Below, piece by piece: positions 48,961-61,052 of a stretch of 64,000 nt of DNA (the first letter of the stretch is position 1; every line of letters starts with the position of its first letter). A program made the translations under genes and the position numbers. Under the pieces are notes generated by a model, which did no database searches, was not told the DNA's origin, and saw only the letters and a list, made by a program, of their open reading frames with translations. Source of the DNA: Octopus vulgaris (Eukaryota); the NCBI GenBank assembly GCA_951406725.2, contig OX597825.1, positions 61,194,001 to 61,258,000 on the forward strand, written 5' to 3'.

Positions 48961-49227
48961 ATATATAAGAATTTTTTGCGTAAAGAGATAAAAAAACCAA
49001 GGCTGTATAGAAATAAGACCATTTATAGATAGAAGGTCTTACAGCTGTTTCAAGGATATTAATTAATAATATCCCTTCATCAGAGACGGTGTGAGAGGAA
49101 AAATTAGTCATAGTTAGTTTCGATGTCATACAAGTAGAGACAGCTGTAAGACCTTCTATCTATAAATGCTGTAATATCTATACATCCTTGGTTTTTTATC
49201 TCATTATGCAAAAAATTCTTATATATA
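48961..49227. mobile_element. Penelope-like element with about 88-bp inverted arms (48961-49048 / 49140-49227) in (TA)n
   Basis: catttatagatagaaggtcttacagctgt / acagctgtaagaccttctatctataaatg. Confidence 0.8.
49036..49087 (-). ncRNA. Minimal type-I hammerhead ribozyme, fully canonical
   Basis: GTCT-CTGATGA-AGGGATATTA-TTAAT-TAATATCCTT-GAAA-C-AGCT-G-TA-AGAC; 10-bp stem II, palindromic stem III, GUA triplet (cut between 49040 and 49039). Confidence 0.85.
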
Positions 49228-49259
49228 CACGTTGACATAGAACCAATGATGAACCCTTT

Positions 49260-49290
<31 letters not shown>

Positions 49291-49292
<2 letters not shown>

Positions 49293-49685
49293 TCTTTTAC
49301 TCTTTTACTTGTTTCAGTCATTTGACTGCGGCCATGCTGGAGCACCGCCTTTAGTCGAGCAAATCGACCCCGGGACTTATTCTTTGTAAGCCCAGTACTT
49401 ATTCTATCGGTCTCTTTTGCCGAACTGCTAAGTGACGGGGACGTAAACACACCAGCATCGGTTGTCAAGCAATGCTAGGGGGACAAACACAGACACACAA
49501 ACACACACATATATATATACACATATATACGACAGGCTTCTTTCAGTTTCCGTCTACCAAATCCACTCACAAGGCATTGGTCGGCCCGGGGCTATAGCAG
49601 AAGACACTCGCCCAAGATGCCACGCAGTGGGACTGAACCCGGAACCATGTGGTTGGTTAGCAAGCTACTTACTACACAGCCACTC
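49291..49685 (-). mobile_element. SINE family A, young subfamily
   Basis: CpG-rich; shares diagnostic bases with 55151-55546. Confidence 0.92.
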
Positions 49686-50399
49686 AGATGATGATGATGA
49701 CGTTGGTGATGGCTGTCAACTCATTAATCGAGAATGACTTCTCAACAACACTGACAGAGTACATACATATTGGCATCAGACTAGTTTAAGACCAACAATA
49801 CACAAACATGCAGTCAATATGGAGTTGAATATTCACAACTAAAAATTACTAGAAGGTATATATAAATATATGTATGTATATCTAGCTAGCAAGCTAAATA
49901 AATAGAAAGATGGATAGATAGTTTTGAATGACCTCCATACAGTTTGAATTTGCCAAGTTTTACTGACAAGTCATTTATCAACGTGAGGCTATAATAGAAG
50001 AGACTTGCTCAAGGTCTCACAGGACCCCAAAAATAGAGGGATGTGAGACAAATTTCTCAATTGTACTGCCATTCAAACACTGTAAGAATAACATGGCCAA
50101 AATAACATTACATACAAAACTGGAAATCTGATCAATCAAATTCGCAGCTGCTTTGTAGCATACCAGATGACAAGTGGTGACACTTACCTGACTCGTACCC
50201 AGCATGGAGAAAACACATGGAAAGTAATAATGATGGGAGCGAAGATGTGTATGTGTATGCTTGTGTGTGTGTGTGTGTGTGTGTGCATTTGCATATGTAT
50301 ATGTATATAGTATTATACAAGTGTATTATGCAATTATGCATATACACTTATACATGTGTATAAGTGTATATGCATATATAGACTGAGAGAGAGAAAGAT

Positions 50400-50556
50400 G
50401 TATGCATGTATGTATATATATATATATATAAATATAAATATATATATATATGTATATATATATATAAATATATGTATATATATATGTATATATATATATT
50501 TGTATATATATATATGTATATATATATATGTATATATATATATGTATATATATATG

Positions 50557-50638
<82 letters not shown>

Positions 50639-50670
50639 TATGTTTATATATATGTATATATATGTATAGA
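50400..50670. repeat. (TA)n/(TATG)n microsatellite
   Basis: direct reading. Confidence 0.95.
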
Positions 50671-51784
50671 TAAATAGAGAGAAAGAGAGAGAAAGCTACA
50701 TTTGAGTTTTAGTTTGAATGTTTGTTTTTCTTTTTATTTATTTATTTATTTATTTATTTATTTGGCCTAGACAATTCCAGTAAACACATAAATATATACG
50801 TTCATATTTGACATATAAGTTTTAGATTCCGGAATACTTCAAACACGTTCTCTTTGCATTCTGTTATTTTTTTTTCTTTCAACCCCAAACAATGAAAAAC
50901 CTTAGAATAATAAAAAAAAAAAACAAAGAAGAGAAAATAAAACAACCAAAACAAAAAAAATTGACAGAAAAGTTAGTGATAATTGGAGACTTGCTGAAAG
51001 ACCAATTAAGATATGAACGGACAAACACAGAAATATAAACATGTTTTAAACGCAAATTTTCTTTCTAGATTTTTCTTCTCCTCTTTTATTTTTATTCTCT
51101 TTTATGTAACATTTATCAACTCATTTTAGCTTTCTTTCAAAAATCATCAATATTGACACCTGTCTGATAGCAGAACTGATTAAAAATGAAATCTTTACAT
51201 CTGTCAGTTTTTATGTGTCTACTGGTTTTATATATTTGCAGGGAAACACAATGTGCTATGTACACATTCACTGTGTCTGAGTAAGATTTGTTATTATTCT
51301 CTTTTGTTCTTTTGTACCGAATTCTACATATTCACTGCTATTATTTTTCGATGTCCTTTCTTTTTTTATTGTTTTTGTTCTATTATAAATGTTTACCTGT
51401 TTAAGCTGGTACATTCAATAATATATTCACTTTGGCTCAGATGTTGTTCTTGACATTGTTCTTTGTATAAAAACAAAATCATTCATCCATAGATTTAATT
51501 TTCTAGCTTCCCGGATCAACCATCAATAAATTGCTACAAAACAGAGAAGAATACTCTCCACAGATTCATTGATCCAACACTGAGAGATGCTAAACATACA
51601 GCAAAAAACCCAATAGAAAAATTTAGAGTTTGGAAATACAGAAATGTCATTTAGAGAGATATAAATCCAAAATAAAGAGTCTACATGGACACTTAAGTAG
51701 TAGAGATAGCAGTTAAATTCCCTCAAACCACATACTACTTGATTAAAACAAGTTGCACTAGTGATGTAAATCTTAGATCTTTTA

Positions 51785-52024
51785 TCCTATATCTTTTATT
51801 TGTTTTAGTCTTTGGACTGTGGCCATACTGGGGTACTACTTGAAAAGGATAGTCAAACAAATCAACCCTGGTGATTATTTTCAAGCTTGGAATTTATTCT
51901 ACGGATCTCTTTTTGTTGGACCACAAAGATACAGGGACGTAAACAAAACAGCACCAGTTGTCAAGCAGTGCTAGGGGACCAGTTTAAACACAATATTTGG
52001 TTTTCAAGATTCTTGATGTAAAAT

Positions 52025-52059
<35 letters not shown>

Positions 52060-52880
52060 TTTTATATATATGTATATATATGTGTGTGTATGAATGTATG
52101 TGTGTGTGTGTTGATGTGTTTACATACCTGTAACTTAGCAGTTCATCAATAGAACCCAATATATTTAGTACCAGGCTTAAAAAAAATCCTGGGTTCAATT
52201 CGTTCAACTGAAATTCTTCAAGGCAGTGATCCAGCATGGCCGCAAATAAAACTTAAATAATAAAAGATGGAAGAAATACCATGAAGCATTTTGCCTGGTG
52301 CAGTAATTTACAGCTCACCAGCTTGTAAGTAACAATAATGATCCTTTCTGTTATTGGTACAGAGTCTGAAATTTTGAGAGAAGGGTCTAGTCAATTACCT
52401 TGACCCAAGTTCCCTGCTAGTACTTATTTTATTGACCCTGAAAGGACGAAAGGCAAAGTCAGAATGTAAAGATTGTCAAAAATGCTGCTAAGCATTGTGC
52501 CACTAAGTATTGTGCCATGAAGCATTTGGCCCAACATGCTAATGATATTGCTAACCCATCACCTTTTAAGCAACTATAAATCTGGCACTCAATCAGTTAT
52601 GATGATAATGGTTCCAGTTGATCTAATCAATGGAACAGCCGGCTTGTGAAATTAAAAGGCAAGTGGTGGAGCACTCCAGAGACACACATATCCTTAATGT
52701 AGTTTTTACGGAGATTCAGAGTGACACTGAATTTGGTAAGGCAGGACCTGTGAATTACAGATATTACTCATTTTTGCCAACTGAGTGGACTGAAACAATA
52801 TGAAATAAAGTGTCTTGCTCACAATGCACAATGCACTGTCAGGTATTGAACTCATGATCTTTGCTAAGCCACACGACTTC
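51785..52880. mobile_element. Cluster of old SINEs: A (-) 51785-51980, A (+) 52050-52270, B (-) 52270-52565, C/E hybrid (-) 52590-52880
   Basis: diverged family-diagnostic motifs. Confidence 0.65.
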
Positions 52881-53224
52881 ACACTGAGCAACGATAATAA
52901 TAAAAACAATAACAAAAACAATTGCAACAAACGCTGAACATGCAATTTCTTAAAAAGGTCAGAAGCATATTAAAAAACATGAATGCTTTAATAAGCATGT
53001 CTAAAGACTGGTTGTGTGTTGCAATGTATTTCATTAATACCTGGTTATTGTCACGCTTGATAGGAAAAGGGGATTAGGGCTTCAGAAGGAACTGAATTAA
53101 TCTGAGACATGAAGATTAGCAAGTCAGCGATTTATAAGCAAGGTACTGTTTTGTGTTTTCAGCCTCTAGCAAATTCTACTAACCTAATTCATGCATGTAT
53201 GCAAGTGTTAAAATATGTTTGTGC

Positions 53225-53256
<32 letters not shown>

Positions 53257-53981
53257 ATATGTATGTACGTATGTGAATACACACACACACACATATATAT
53301 AAATATATATGTATATATATATAGATAAAAGTTTCTTAGAAAAGGATGCGTGGCGTTTGATCTTATAATAATATAAATAATATATAAATATATGCATATA
53401 TGCATACATATATGTACATACCTACATATTATTATTATGGCTGCCCCCTCATTATTGAGTATGGCCATTGCACGAAGCTTAACTGTTACTGGTTCTGTGA
53501 TTGAATGTGACTTTTTAGCCCAGCTAAAGATCTACAATGTCTTGTACAGAATTGGCAGCTAAAACCTTTACTGGTAATAGCCGGTTGTAGTTGTAACTGG
53601 GCTTCATGTACCTTTGCCTGTCGTTTAAGTCCTCCACCATATATACATGCATATATGGGTACAGAACATCAAAGAAACGTTGAACACAAGGAGAAAAGAA
53701 AACCTAAAAACAAAAACATAGAAACAAACTTGTTTTCAAACAACGAAAAAACGGAAAAGAAAACCCCAGAGAAACAAGACATAAAACACATGGAATATCC
53801 CCCTTCTTCGGTTGTCCCTGTTTCATCTACTCTGCGTTATATATATAATGTATGGTTATATATGTGTGTGTGTATGTATGTATGTATGTATATAAAATTT
53901 GTACATTAATAACATTTTCTCTTTTTTGTCTTCTGCTCTCCATTCCAGCATGCCTAATCCTGACAAATTATTTTCTCTCAT

Positions 53982-54316
53982 GCGAGAGAAAATTGTGGCA
54001 AAAGAGTCAGCAGAAGTTCGCCTCTACCTTCTGCCGGAGCTTCATGGAGCTTATGTGTTTCACTCATAAACACATACATTGCCCAGTCTGAGATTCGAAC
54101 CCATGATCCCTCGACCACGAGTTCACTGTTCTAACCACTAGGCCATGTGCCTCCACAAGATTCTGATGTGCCAGAAGACTACATAATACTCCAAGGTTTT
54201 TGTATGGTTTTTATGGTTGGATGCCCTTTCTAATGTTAACCATTTTGTGAAACATACTGGGTACTTTTTACATTGCACTATTACCAATAAGGCCACCATG
54301 TAATTCCTATGAATAA
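53982..54316 (-). repeat. Local duplicate of 56620-56958 (SINE C head plus flanking sequence)
   Basis: identical junction gtgcctccacaagattctgatgtgccagaagactacataat and shared 160-bp flank. Confidence 0.9.
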
Positions 54317-54632
54317 TAACACTCCAGAGGGAGTGTTTGTCCAGGATAGGACTACACAGCCACAGCAGGAAATGTATCAGGACATGAAATATAAAAGCCG
54401 GACTAGACTACTTCATGCGCAACTCCATTGTCTCCCAAGACAGAAAGGATGCCAATTTTCTCTCACCGTTTTTCTTTTTCTTTCCAATTTTTTTCCCTCT
54501 CATCCCTTTATGTCAAAGAGCACAGGCTGAAACATCTATGACTTATCCATTTTCCTCAAGCATCAAACTAATGCACCTGCTTGCTGTTACCCCACCTGTC
54601 TGTCTCTCCCTTTTGTTTCTGTACATTTGAAC

Positions 54633-54763
<131 letters not shown>

Positions 54764-54769
54764 TTAAGT

Positions 54770-55001
54770 ATTTGTTTTTCAAGATTCTTGATGCAAGAAT
54801 CATGTGTTTAAACAGATATTGTTATATTTCAGGAAGATCATATTATTTCTTACTAAATAACACACCTGTGACCACTTCATGTGTGTTATGAAAGATTTCC
54901 AGTCAATGGATATAAAATAACAATAATTAACAAATGAAGAACAAATATATAATGCATGTGTTTATTTGGCAAAAAAAATGACCATCCCAAAATATAACAA
55001 T
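54770..55001. mobile_element. Decayed copy of the 33008-33296 palindromic element
   Basis: caagattcttgatg..aaacagatattgttatatttc ... atgaccatcccaaaatataacaat. Confidence 0.6.
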
Positions 55002-55150
55002 GTTGGAGTACTTATAAATGCAAATAGAACCTTCATGAAGTAGTAAAAGAAACTTCTAGTATTTCTAGTGTATAGGTGCTGGCATTCCAGAGCCCTTAAT
55101 TATAATTATATTTTTATAATTATATACTTAAAAATTAATCTAACTGATAT

Positions 55151-55546
55151 CTCTTTTACTCTTTTACTTGTTTCAGTCATTTGATTGCGGCCATGCTGGA
55201 GCACCGCCTTTAGTCGAGCAAATCAACCCCGGGACTTATTCTTTGTAAGCCCAGTACTTATTCTATCGGTCTCTTTTACCGAACCGCTAAGTGACGGGGA
55301 CATAAACACACCAGCATCGGTTGTCAAGCAATGCTAGGGGGACAAACACAGACATACAAACACACACATACACATATATATATAGATATATACGACAGGC
55401 TTCTTTCAGTTTCTTTCTACCAAATCCACTCACAAGGCATTGGTTGGCCCGGGGCTATAGCAGAAGACACTTGCCCAAGATGCCACGCAGTGGGACTAAA
55501 CCCGGAACCATGTGGTGGGTTAGCAAGCTACTTACCACACAGCCAC
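55151..55546 (-). mobile_element. SINE family A, young subfamily
   Basis: shares aagcccagtac, gtgacgggg, aagcaatgctagggg, aaggcattgg, ctatagcagaag and ccaagatgccac with 49291. Confidence 0.92.
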
Positions 55547-56109
55547 TTTTTTTTATATGCTAGCCACTGATATAATAATCTTAATGATTACATCCTCAAT
55601 TTATAACTATATGTGTGTGTGTATCTATTTGTATATATATATATATAAAATAACATCATCGTTATCATCATCATTTAACATAAATTTTCCATGCTGGCAT
55701 GGCTTGGAGAGTTTGACTGAGAACTGGTAAGCTAGGGAGCTGCACTAGGTTTCAGTCTCTATATATATCATTATATATATGTGTGTACACATACACACAC
55801 ACACACAAACACAAGGGACTTTTATACACTTTCTGACTTCCAAATTTCATGGAAAAGCATGAAATTTTAGTCAGTCTGAGATTATAACAAAAGATACTTG
55901 CCCAAAGTGTTAGACAGTGGGATCAAGCACGAAACCACATGATTGCAAACTGTACATCTTGACCACACAGCTATAACTATATCCACACATGTGCGTATAT
56001 GTGAGTGTGTGCATGAATGTTTCCATTTGTGTGTATTTAGACATATATATTTGTGTGTATTAATAAAACTAGCATTACCAAAATATTTGTCATAGATGAC
56101 TTTAATCAG

Positions 56110-56415
56110 AGGAGACAGGTTGCTGCAATAACAATAATATATGGAACACACAAAAGCTAAGCAGCCAATAAGAACCTAGAACGATGTGGGTAACTGCAAT
56201 ATAAATGACTTTATTGCTTAAAAACCTATTGCTTTCACACCTGTATGCACCATTTCAATGTCTGATGCCAAAACCCATAGATCATTAAACAAGAGCTTGC
56301 AGTTACAAATATGTAGAACAGACTTCTAGTATCAAGAGGAAGACTTCACATATTCCATCAAACTACTAGATACAATGACCAAATTTCTTCCTCAAAAGAA
56401 CTAGCTATATAACTT
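56110..56415 (+). pseudogene. Possible decayed GIY-YIG endonuclease region of a Penelope-like element
   Basis: remnant motifs TPV..HFN and REDFTYSIKLLDT across frames. Confidence 0.3.
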
Positions 56416-56491
56416 AAAGAATGGAAACATTGAATAATCTGTCTCTTGATGTGTTGAGCCAAAGAAAAAGAAAGATACAAGATTCTGATGT

Positions 56492-56792
56492 TGTTTGTTC
56501 CTTGTCGAGCCACACTTGGCTCATAAGAGCCAGTTTACTGGTTTCTTTGGCATATAGGTTCCCCACCAGGACGGGACGCTGGTCCGTCACAGGTGAGCTG
56601 CAAGATGCAGGAGGAAAGAGTGAGAGAAAGTTGTGGTGAAAGAGTCAGCAGAAGTTTGCCATTACCTTCTGCCAAAGCCGCATGTAGCTTAGGTGTTTCA
56701 CTCATAAACACATACATTGCCCGGTCTGAGATTCGAACTCACGATCCCTCAACCACGAGTCCACTGTTCTAACCACTAGGCCATGTGCCTCC
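56492..56792 (-). mobile_element. SINE family C, full length, 15-bp TSD
   Basis: TSD acaagattctgatgt at 56477-56491 and 56793-56807. Confidence 0.9.
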
Positions 56793-57030
56793 ACAAGATT
56801 CTGATGTGCCAGAAGACTACATAATGCTCCAAGGTTCCCTTTTGTATGGTTTTTATGGTTGGATGCCCTGTCTAATGCTAAACATTTTGTGAAACATACT
56901 GGGTACTTTTTACATTGCACTATTACCAGTAAGGCCACCATGTAATTCCTATGAATAAAAACTTTTGTTGGCTGAGTGGCAGTAGAGTAGAGAGTGGGGT
57001 GTCTTTATGCTAGGTGTTGAAAGGTTTAAG

Positions 57031-57452
57031 CTGAAAATTTTGGGGAGGTGAAATTTAAGGGGATTATATTGACCTCCTTTCAGTGTTTCACTGGTACTTG
57101 GTTTATTGACCTTGAAAGGATGAAAAACTAAGTCAACCTCGGTGGAATTTGAACTCAGAAGCTAGTGACAGGCAAAATACCGCTAAGCATTTCATCCAGC
57201 ACACTAATGATTCAGCCAGCTCTCTGCCTTAGTAATAATAATAATCCTTTCTACTGAAGGCATAAGGCCTGAAATTTGGTAGGGAGGGGACTTGTTGATT
57301 ACATTGACCCTAGTGGTTAACTGGTACTTATTTTATTGACTCTGAAAGGATGAACAGCAAAGTCAACCTCTGTGGAATTTGAACTCAGAATGTAGCAGTA
57401 AATGAAATACTGCTAAGCATTTCACCTAGTATGCTAACAGTTTTGCCAGCTA
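57031..57452 (-). mobile_element. Two tandem SINE family B copies
   Basis: gaaaggatgaa..aagtcaacctc..ggaatttgaactcagaa twice. Confidence 0.8.
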
Positions 57453-57469
57453 AACACATTAATGATAGT

Positions 57470-57975
57470 AGTAGCAGTAATAAGGACAATGACAACAACA
57501 ACAGCAACAATAACAGCAGCAAGAAGAAGTAAAAGAGGGTAGAGAAAGGAGGGGGAGGGGAGAGAGGAAGAAGAAGAAGGGAGGAGGTAGAGAAGAAGGA
57601 GAAGGAGTGGAGAAGGAGAGGAGGAGGTAGAGAAGAAGAAGGAGGAGTAGAGGAGTAAGTAGAAAAGAAGGAGGTGGAGTAGAGGAGGTAGAGAAGAAGG
57701 AGCAGTAGAGGAGGAGGGAAGAGAAGAAGAAAGGGAGGAGGAGGAGGTAAAGAAGGAGGAGGAGTGGAGGTGGAGGTAGAGAAGAAGAAGGAGGAGTGGA
57801 GGAGAGGAGGAGAGGAGGAGGAGGTAGAGAAGAAGAAGGAGGAGGAGAAGAAGAAGAAGAAAGAGAAGAAGATATCAACTACGCCAACAACAATATCAAC
57901 AACTGTGACAGCAACAACAACAATAGCAGTAGTATTAATGATGATGACGACGATGATGATGATGATGATGATGAT
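57470..57975. repeat. Compound simple repeat with a 340-bp purine-rich (GGA/GAA) tract
   Basis: direct reading. Confidence 0.9.
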
Positions 57976-58403
57976 ATGACAGCATCAGACAAAAAGCAAA
58001 AACCAGAACTATAGATGCTAAAACACTGAGATTATGAAATGAAGATGGCGGCAATGTTTTACTTCACTTGTTCCATTTGTTTGTGTTTTAAAAGCTTAAT
58101 TTTTACTTTGCCGTGTTTTATATACACATCAGAACGGTAAAAGATTTTTAGATCTTCCTTGTAAACAACTCTCAATGTTCTTATTAATTCCTACAGGTTG
58201 ATAACACCAGATCAAAACTTTATTTTGTCATTTCTATAATACTATGATGTATAATTTAGTTTTTTGTTCCTTTTTTTCTTTTTTTTTTGCTGAATTTTAT
58301 TTTTTTTTTTGTAATTTATTTGTTTTGTTTTTATTTCCTTCTTATTTCAGTTTTGTTCTTCCTTCCCTCTCTCGCTTTCTTTTTCTTTCTATCCCTTTTC
58401 CTT

Positions 58404-58893
58404 GCGCAAAGATGTGCTGACATCAATCAAAAGGTTTTCCATAATGTCGCAATGTACTTAGTGCCATTCCATGGCAACAAATGGCTGGATCCAGTTCATT
58501 GTTCATTTTATATTCTTCATTCACCGATTCAGACACATCTACCGCCGCCGTGGTGATCTCATTCTTGCTCACAACATCATAAGTGGAAAGTGTAACATCT
58601 CGAAAGAGCTGTTCTTCACTCCTGCTCCAGAGCGTCGGCTGCGGGGTCATTCCGAAAAGCTCTACCTGCGACGATTTCATCTCAATCGAAGGAGAGGAGC
58701 TTTCTCCGTCCGGGTTGCGGTTCCGTGGAACAAGCTGCCAGACGAGATGGTGAAGATGCCAACGACCGCTTTGTTCAAAGTCTCCCTTGACCTCAAGTGG
58801 CCTGAACTCTTTACATGAACACCACCCTGTACTTAACTCCATGTCCCCCTACATGGCCTTGCTATTTGCTTTTGAGCCAAATTAACTAACTAA
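58404..58893 (+). mobile_element. CR1-clade LINE 3' end (from about 58541) with an unrelated 5' segment
   Basis: RRRGDLILAHNII..RLRGHSEKL..RRGAFSVRVAVPWNKLPDEMV..FKVSLD; (AACT)n tail; candidate TSD cttttcctt at 58395-58403 and 58894-58902. Confidence 0.85.
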
Positions 58894-59025
58894 CTTTTCC
58901 TTTTTTTATTTTGTTAGATATTTCGGTCAATAAACTGTGGCTATGCTGGGGTTTAGCCAAAGAAGGGTTTAGTCAAACAAATCAACCCCCGTACTTATCC
59001 AGTAAGAATCTCAGTATCAAGGGAT

Positions 59026-59438
59026 ACTCTCTTTTACTCTTTTACTTGTTTCAGTCATTTGACTGCAGCCATGCTGGAGCACCGCCTTTAGTTGATCAAA
59101 TCAACCCCAAGACTTATTCTTTGTAAGCCTAGTACTTATTTTATCGGTCACTTTTACCGAACCGCTAAGTTACGGGGATGTAAACACACCAGCATTGGTT
59201 GTCAAGCGATGTTGGTCAGACAAACACAGACACATAAACATACACACACATATACATACATATATATATATATACATATATACGACGGGCTTCTTTCAGT
59301 TTCGATCTACCAAATCCACTCACAAGGCTTTGGTCGGCCCAAGGCTATAGTAGAAGACACTTGCCCAAGGTGCCACGCAGTGGGACTGAACCCGGAACCA
59401 TGTGGTTGGTAAGCAAACTACTTACCACACAGCCACTC
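59026..59438 (-). mobile_element. SINE family A, full length
   Basis: complete reverse-complement match. Confidence 0.92.
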
Positions 59439-59597
59439 ATCTCCAATATCAAATTTTACAAATCTAGGTCTAAACTTATCTTTTACATTCTTAAACCAAT
59501 CTATGGCTTATACCCATACCATTAAAAGTGTAGCTTTTTACCCATTACTGTAGTTTAGTAGTTTTCCCAATTCTATTATTAATAATTCTTTGTAATT

Positions 59598-59790
59598 TAA
59601 GGTGGCAAACTGGCAGAATCATTAGCATGCTGGGCAAAATGCTTAGTGGTGTTTCATCCATCTTTATGTTCTGAGTTCAAATTCTGCTGAGGTCAACTTT
59701 GCCTTTCAAACTTTTGGGATTAATATAACAAGTATCAGTTGAACACTAGGATCAAAATTGCTGCAATTTTGCCAAAGTTTGAAACCAATA
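59598..59790 (+). mobile_element. SINE family B, diverged
   Basis: aaggtggcaaactggcagaatcattagc..gaggtcaactttgcctttca. Confidence 0.75.
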
Positions 59791-59793
59791 TTT

Positions 59794-60328
59794 CTTTGTA
59801 ATTTTTGGATGCTAAATCTATTTCAGTTGGAACTGGGTTTAAAAGACTAGCAGTGGGCTTATTATTAAATTAAACTTGTTATCTTTTAAAGTTATGAAAG
59901 TTTCTCTTTTAGCTCAGCATTCTAACCTATCATCAATTTTATTTTGTCCAGCAAGGATTTTAGCCTTATCATTATGATGTTATATCTATCTACATTATCT
60001 ATCTTATATTTATATTTAGTAGAGATCATATCCCGCAGCAACTTATCATGTAGGTCGTTATTGATTTCATACAGTTTATTTGTCTCAAACTTATTTTTAG
60101 AGATTTTAAGTTTCTTAGCATGAGATTTTAGTTCAAAGTAGTAAGGGTTATATATTGAAATCAATGTTGTCTACCAAGTCTAGATCAGCTTCAAAATATC
60201 CACTTCAGGTGAAAGATCTAAATATTTCCCCTTAGGTGGATGCATCTTAAAATATAGATTATTTGATAGTGTAGGCATATTTTTGCTAAAGTAATCCATG
60301 TGATACAAATCAAGAAGCCTACTCCAAA
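59794..60328 (-). pseudogene. Penelope-like element ORF relic (region N-terminal to the RT core)
   Basis: reverse strand FEADLDLVDNIDF..KTN-like ETNKLYEI..ETFITFK..FNNKPTASLLNPVPTEIDLASK (cf. AFITLKDHK.NF.N.P.CRLINPAKSEIG..SK). Confidence 0.65.
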
Positions 60329-60333
60329 ATGGC

Positions 60334-61052
60334 TATAGGCATAGGTGTGGCTGTGTGGTTGAGAAGCTTGTATCCCACTTATGTGGTCTTGGGTTCAGTC
60401 CTACTGTACACACCTTGGGCACGTCTTCTTTTAAAGCCCTTGGTCAACGAAAGACTTGTGAGTGGATTTGACAGACGGAAACTGAAAGAAGCCTATAAAT
60501 ATATATGTATACACACCAGCAAGCCAAATGAGACCATAACTTCGTGCCCTATGCCATGGGTGTAACCAGCCCACTTATGCGTAACTTTTCCTTCTTTGGA
60601 CACTAAACTCTGCTTGCAAAGACCTATTGAGGCAAGTGAAATCAAAATCAAATTCGATGACTGGCATCTGTGCTAGCGGGGCACAAAGAGCACCATATGA
60701 GCATGATCGTTGACAGAGCGGCTAACCAGCTTCCATGCCAGTGGCACATAAAAGGCACCATTTGAGTGTGATCATTACCAGCATCGCCTTACTGGCACAT
60801 GTGCCGGTGGCATGTGTAAAAACATTCAAGCGTGGCCATTGCCAATACCACCTAACTGGCTCCTGTGTCAGTGGCATGTAAAAGCACCCACTACACTCTC
60901 GGAGTGGTTGGTGTTAGGAAGGGCATCCTGCTGTAGAAACTCTGCCAGATCAAGATTGGAGCCTGGTGCAGCCATCTGGTTCACAAACCCTCAGTCAAAT
61001 CGTCCAACCCATGCTAGCATGGAAAGCAGACATTAAATGATGATGATGATGA
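60334..61052 (+). mobile_element. SINE A 5' half (60334-60495) followed by a family D element (60515-61052)
   Basis: family-diagnostic sequences; tail ccaacccatgctagcatggaaagcagacattaaatgatgatg. Confidence 0.85.

Noticed and set aside
57459-58014. Pro/Ser-rich and Glu/Asp-rich ORFs
   Set aside because: Translations of GGA/GAA/GAT simple repeats.
58043-58053. YY1-like motif AAGATGGCGGC as a promoter
   Set aside because: Single isolated motif with no other promoter evidence.
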